Both the position numbers and the translations under genes were made by a program. A DNA stretch of 64,000 nucleotides from Candidatus Melainabacteria bacterium 17Bon1m (lineage in GTDB: Bacteria > Cyanobacteriota > Vampirovibrionia > Obscuribacterales > Obscuribacteraceae). Under the pieces are notes generated by a model that ran no database searches, had not been told where the DNA came from, and saw nothing but the letters and a program-made list of their open reading frames with translations. Below are positions 59,999-64,000 of the stretch, piece after piece (the stretch's first letter is position 1; each line of letters starts with the position of its first letter). The DNA lies in assembly GCA_032128875.1 (NCBI GenBank), contig JAVLKG010000003.1, positions 97,008 to 161,007 on the forward strand, read 5' to 3'.

Positions 59999-60501
59999 CA
60001 GTTTTCTACACAGTTATCGACAGCCCTATCGGGCAGATTACGCTAACTTCAGTTGGAGTTTCGCTCGCAGGTCTGTACATGGAATCGCATAAGGGCATGC
60101 CAACCGTTGACGAATCCTGGGTTCGCGATGATAGTGTGAAACCGTTCGCACTTGTCAGAGAAGAGTTGGCTGCGTACTTTGATGGCAAGCTTGAGCGTTT
60201 CACTATTCCGTTGAAACCGATTGGCACAGAGTTTCAACTCAAAGTTTGGAACGAATTGGTGAACATTCCCTTTGGTCAAACAATTTCTTATGGAGAACTC
60301 GCACGACGTGTCGGCAATCCCAAAGCGAGTCGTGCTGTGGGTTTGGCAAATGGACAAAATCCGATTTCAATTATTGTTCCTTGCCACCGAGTCATTGGCG
60401 TGAATGGCAAGCTCACCGGATATGGTGGCGGGCTTCCACGGAAAGAGTTTTTGCTTCAACATGAAGGCGCAGCGCCAGCCAAGCAGCTGACGTTCGTATA
60501 G
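59995..60501 (+). CDS. ogt: Methylated-DNA--protein-cysteine S-methyltransferase
   Basis: GTEFQLKVW, IPFGQTISYGELA, RAVG.AN..NP, PCHRV; ATGA overlap with alkA. Confidence 0.97.
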   Translation: MTVFYTVIDSPIGQITLTSVGVSLAGLYMESHKGMPTVDESWVRDDSVKPFALVREELAAYFDGKLERFTIPLKPIGTEFQLKVWNELVNIPFGQTISYGELARRVGNPKASRAVGLANGQNPISIIVPCHRVIGVNGKLTGYGGGLPRKEFLLQHEGAAPAKQLTFV

Positions 60502-60558
60502 CGCTGGAAGTGAGCTTCCTTTTACAGGTCTAAGGATGGCATATCTAGTGCTATGAAA

Positions 60559-60581
60559 GGGCGCGTGCAACGCGCCCCCAC
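60559..60581 (-). repeat. REP-like palindrome / stem-loop after the calpain-like gene
   Basis: Minus strand GTGG-GGGCGCGTTGCACGCGCCC. Confidence 0.45.
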
Positions 60582-60583
60582 GC

Positions 60584-62200
60584 TTATTGAGCCAGGACTT
60601 CGAAAGTCACGTCGCTGAAATTGTTTTGGAACTGTTGCAGCGATATTCTCGTTGTGCCGCTTGTTGAGTCGTTGTTTGCGCCCCAGGGGTTGCGCACAGT
60701 GACCATGCCGCCGCCTTGTCCGTCAGGCTCGAAGTTTGTGATGCTGTATGCGTGGCGCGTTGGATAGCCGTCAGTCGACGTGCTCGAGAATAATCTAGGG
60801 TTGATGCCGGTTGTTACTGTTGCGCGTGAATCCGAGTTTAGCGCGCGCTCTAGACGGCTTGCTAATTCGCTATCCGAAGAGCTTACTGTCTCAGTGCTTC
60901 TGCCTGTCAGAAGTTCTGTCGCCCATGATGTTTGACCGCCTGCTCCTGCGTATTCTGTGGGTGTGTTTCCGCCACTTTCCATCGCGACTCTCGCCCGACG
61001 GAACATATTGGCGTGTTCACTCTGATACTGTCCAAACGCTCTTTCAAGTATTCCAGCCCATGTACCGTATTTGTGTCCGCCGTTGTATAGTCCGCGCTCG
61101 GCGTCAGTTGGTGCATTGATAGTAACTGGGTTGGCTGTATCGCCCGGGAAAGTGACGGTGTAAGTGCCGTTGCCGTTGTCGTGAATCATGTCACGAATGG
61201 CTTGTGGATTCGATGCTGCAAGTGATGAAACAGCAGCCAGATAGTAGCAATCACCAATCGTTCCTTGCACAACTGCATCTGGTGTGATGCTGAGAAGTGG
61301 ATCGTCAGGAGTGGCGAAGAGATTTGAATTCAGTTGATTTAGCTGACCTTCTCTCGTCCGGCTCGTGGTGTTTGACACCATAGTCTCTGTCTGTCCTGGG
61401 ATAGATTGGTAAGTTTGATTCAAATACTCTGCAACGTCGGTGGTGCTGATGCTGCTTTCGAAACCCCACTCATCGTTGCTCGCGCCGATTATATTGTCGA
61501 AGCTGTCGCTCACGCGCTGCAGGTGTGCGCGGTCGGTCTCGGAAATACTAGTACTTTGACGAGCGGCATCGAGCTCAGTGCGGGCGATATAGCCGTCATG
61601 GTCGGTGTCAAATCTATTGAAATTGGCTTCGCCTCTAAGTACTTCCATGGCGGGTGTAAGCGTGTCGCGCGCTGCAGTTTGCCGACCGAAGGCCTGTATA
61701 TCTCCGCGTGTTACACCGTCATCGTCGAGGGTGGAATATTCGTCGCGAGACAGTAACTGCATTGTGTTTCGACTGCTATACAGCGCTGCTACTGTTTGTG
61801 CGTCTTGATCTCTGAAGTCTCTATTTTGCACGGCAGCAGAGAGTTCGTCGGCACCCAACCACTGATCGTGATTAGTATCGATCCTGTCGAAAAGCGCCTC
61901 AGCGCGTTGCGCAAATTGGGCGTTGGTGAGCGTTGCGCTGGGTACCGGAGTGTTGGTTTGCTCGGCGCGCATTGCATTTCTTTCAGCAGCATCTTCGTCG
62001 AACAGCTCGAGACCGCCCAGCAGTGCCGTTGTGCCAGCGTCTTCGCGACTGTTCTTGTTGCGCGTGCGAGTGAGATTTGTCATCTCCTCGCTGCTGACGT
62101 CATTGCTCATTGCCGAGCTGGCGTCGTTCTTTCTCTCGCTTTTTTCGGCTGATCTTTCTGCGTTTTCGGTACGTGTTTGATTATTTCTATCGGAAGGCAT
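60584..62200 (-). CDS. C2 (calpain-like) cysteine protease with N-terminal EF-hands
   Basis: QGTIGDCYYLAAVSSLA, WAGILERA, HAYSI, VRNPWG; EF loops DTNHDQWLGADE and DTDHDGYIARTE; AAGGAG RBS. Confidence 0.9.
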   Translation of the reverse strand: MPSDRNNQTRTENAERSAEKSERKNDASSAMSNDVSSEEMTNLTRTRNKNSREDAGTTALLGGLELFDEDAAERNAMRAEQTNTPVPSATLTNAQFAQRAEALFDRIDTNHDQWLGADELSAAVQNRDFRDQDAQTVAALYSSRNTMQLLSRDEYSTLDDDGVTRGDIQAFGRQTAARDTLTPAMEVLRGEANFNRFDTDHDGYIARTELDAARQSTSISETDRAHLQRVSDSFDNIIGASNDEWGFESSISTTDVAEYLNQTYQSIPGQTETMVSNTTSRTREGQLNQLNSNLFATPDDPLLSITPDAVVQGTIGDCYYLAAVSSLAASNPQAIRDMIHDNGNGTYTVTFPGDTANPVTINAPTDAERGLYNGGHKYGTWAGILERAFGQYQSEHANMFRRARVAMESGGNTPTEYAGAGGQTSWATELLTGRSTETVSSSDSELASRLERALNSDSRATVTTGINPRLFSSTSTDGYPTRHAYSITNFEPDGQGGGMVTVRNPWGANNDSTSGTTRISLQQFQNNFSDVTFEVLAQ

Positions 62201-62281
62201 GGGAGCACTCCTTGCCGACGCAACGCTATGCCGATTGCACTGTGTGCATGGACAAACTGCGCTGATGTCTGGCTAGTAACT

Positions 62282-62328
62282 GGGGTGGGTTCGAGGGGAA
62301 AAGGGTAAGGGGGACCGGGGAATCCGGG
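62282..62328 (+). other. Putative G-quadruplex-forming sequence
   Basis: Seven runs of at least 3 G with loops of 1-5 nt. Confidence 0.6.
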
Positions 62329-62711
62329 AAACCTGGAAAGGTGGGTGCTAACAATATAGGTGCGCATTGGGAAAATTTTCGGGAGCCGGCCCAGTTGGGC
62401 TCCGGCATTGCGTTGCAGGCAAGAGAGCATGCACACTCACCGACTAATGCTTACAGATTGGCTGAGAAAGCGGAATCTGCGGCTGCTCCCGTACTCTTGG
62501 TTAGCCGCTTAGCGAAATCAGAGGGTAATTGATCAAACGCCACCAAGAAATCAATTGCGCTTCGCAATCGATGAATTTTGGACGCCTTTGGTAAATTTAC
62601 GAAGGGTGTTGCAACAAAATTGCAAACAAAGAGCCGGAACATCTAGGTACGGCTTTTGTGCCGTCACATATTTCGAAATACCAGAGCAGAGGAAACATCA
62701 TCATGGGTTGA

Positions 62712-64000
62712 GGCGTCCCGTCACCAGGCCGCAGGCGGCCTGATTGTCTACCGGAGGTAGACAACGGCAATCGTAGAGACAATAGTCACATCATTCCTGG
62801 TCAGGGAGATCGTTACCCGCAGCCAGGGCGTGATCCAAACAACCCTTATGTCAATCCAGGTTTTGAGATTGTCGACAGCGGCCGCACGATTACTCCCAAA
62901 GATAATCAATGGCAGAAAGGCGGTGAGAAAGCAGACTTCGACGCGGCGGTTAAGCGCGTCACTAATTGGGATGCAGACAACTTCCAAGGCGCCTATGATG
63001 CTGCGGCTAAGAACGGCACGGGTGTGACTTTTGTTGTCGGTTCGCTGACCAAAAAGGACACGCAAGATACGCTTAAAAACCTAGAAGCGCTCAAAGCGAA
63101 AAATCCCGATATGCAGATCGTTTTCTTTGATACGGACAAGATCAAAGACGATCCTAAGTATCAAGGTCTGCGCGACTGGGTTCAGAAGAACACAAACAAT
63201 GACGACCTCGCCTTCATGGCGCAATACAGCGTGCGCCCGGGCGAGGGCGGTAAGCCTGTGGGAGACAAGCTCATCAGCACGCACTGGGGCAGTGATACAA
63301 CCACCCTGGACGAACAACAGAAGTACGGCAAGATGTACACGGAGAAGTTTAAAGGGCAGTTCAAAATTCCAGAGGGGCAGCCTGAAGTTACGCCGCAAGT
63401 AAAGCCGTCTGATAAACCGGCGGTTCCGCAAAACCCGCAGCAAGCAGCGATTGCCGAAGCCGATAAGATAAATCAGCAGGCAGTTTCCACTGATCTGGAT
63501 AAGGTCAACGCTGCGATTGCAGAGGCTCAGAAGGCTGGAGAGGCTGGTGCAAAACAGCTTCCAGAGCTGTTTGCGCAACAGAAGAAACTGCAGGCAATGC
63601 GTGAAGCACCGGCACGAACGAGAAAAGAGTATGCACAAAAACTGTATGCAGATGCGGTTGCACTGAACGGAAAAACTGATAAACAGTCGCTAGAACAGCA
63701 AGAAACGAATGTGCTGGAGGCCCACAGGCAGATCAACGACGCCAATGCGAAAGTGCCTGGTTATTTCGCTACAGATGCAGCGAAGCAAGAGCTGAAGGCA
63801 ATGGGGTACAGCGATAAGGCGATTGAAAACCTAGGCAAGGCGCCTGCCACTGGTGACAAGAGCAAGTATTGGCTTAGCGATAATCAGTATGGAGTTCCTG
63901 AGGCCGAGAAGCAAAAGATGTACGATGCCGGTGATAGCGCTGCATTGGAAGCTGCGACGAGAGAAGCGATTGAAGCTGCGATTGCTGATGCCAAAGCCAA
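62712..64000 (+). CDS. Large hypothetical protein running off the right edge; 5' end ambiguous
   Basis: Frame is stop-free from 62712 to the window end (...NPGFEIVDSG...FQGAYDAAAKNGTGVTFVVGS...). It is preceded in frame by ATG-GGT-TGA at 62703-62711. Confidence 0.8.

Noticed and set aside
1-64000. CRISPR arrays, tRNA/rRNA, IS elements, prophage
   Set aside because: No repeat-spacer pattern, tRNA cloverleaf, transposase, integrase or phage structural gene recognised by eye; Infernal/tRNAscan were not run.

Overview
Bacterial chromosomal window of roughly 50 genes; I found no rRNA, tRNA, CRISPR array, transposase or integrase. Housekeeping genes (glycogen debranching enzyme, GTP-PEPCK, pyrB-pyrC, htpX, mnmG, sulP-usp, ada/alkA-ogt) are interspersed with TPR proteins, two-component genes and low-complexity secreted proteins. 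The gene repertoire resembles non-photosynthetic Cyanobacteriota (Melainabacteria/Obscuribacterales); this is an inference, not a database result. Best leads: (1) two translationally coupled PAS histidine kinases with reciprocal lesions, one lacking the phospho-acceptor His and the other lacking the ATP-binding G2/F boxes, suggesting an obligate heterodimeric kinase; (2) five unrelated leaderless proteins, including an Ntox44 toxin, an EF-hand calpain-like protease and a LysM protein, that share an L-[PG]-x-hydrophobic-[EQ]-L-x-D-like motif about 50-65 residues from the N-terminus, a candidate export or chaperone signal; (3) a dispersed CsoR copper regulon with two matching operators, an unannotated 55-aa Cys-rich peptide and a DUF5134 gene, next to an orphan nicotianamine synthase; (4) an effector-less bacteriophytochrome. 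All family assignments come from motifs recognised by eye and need HMM confirmation.
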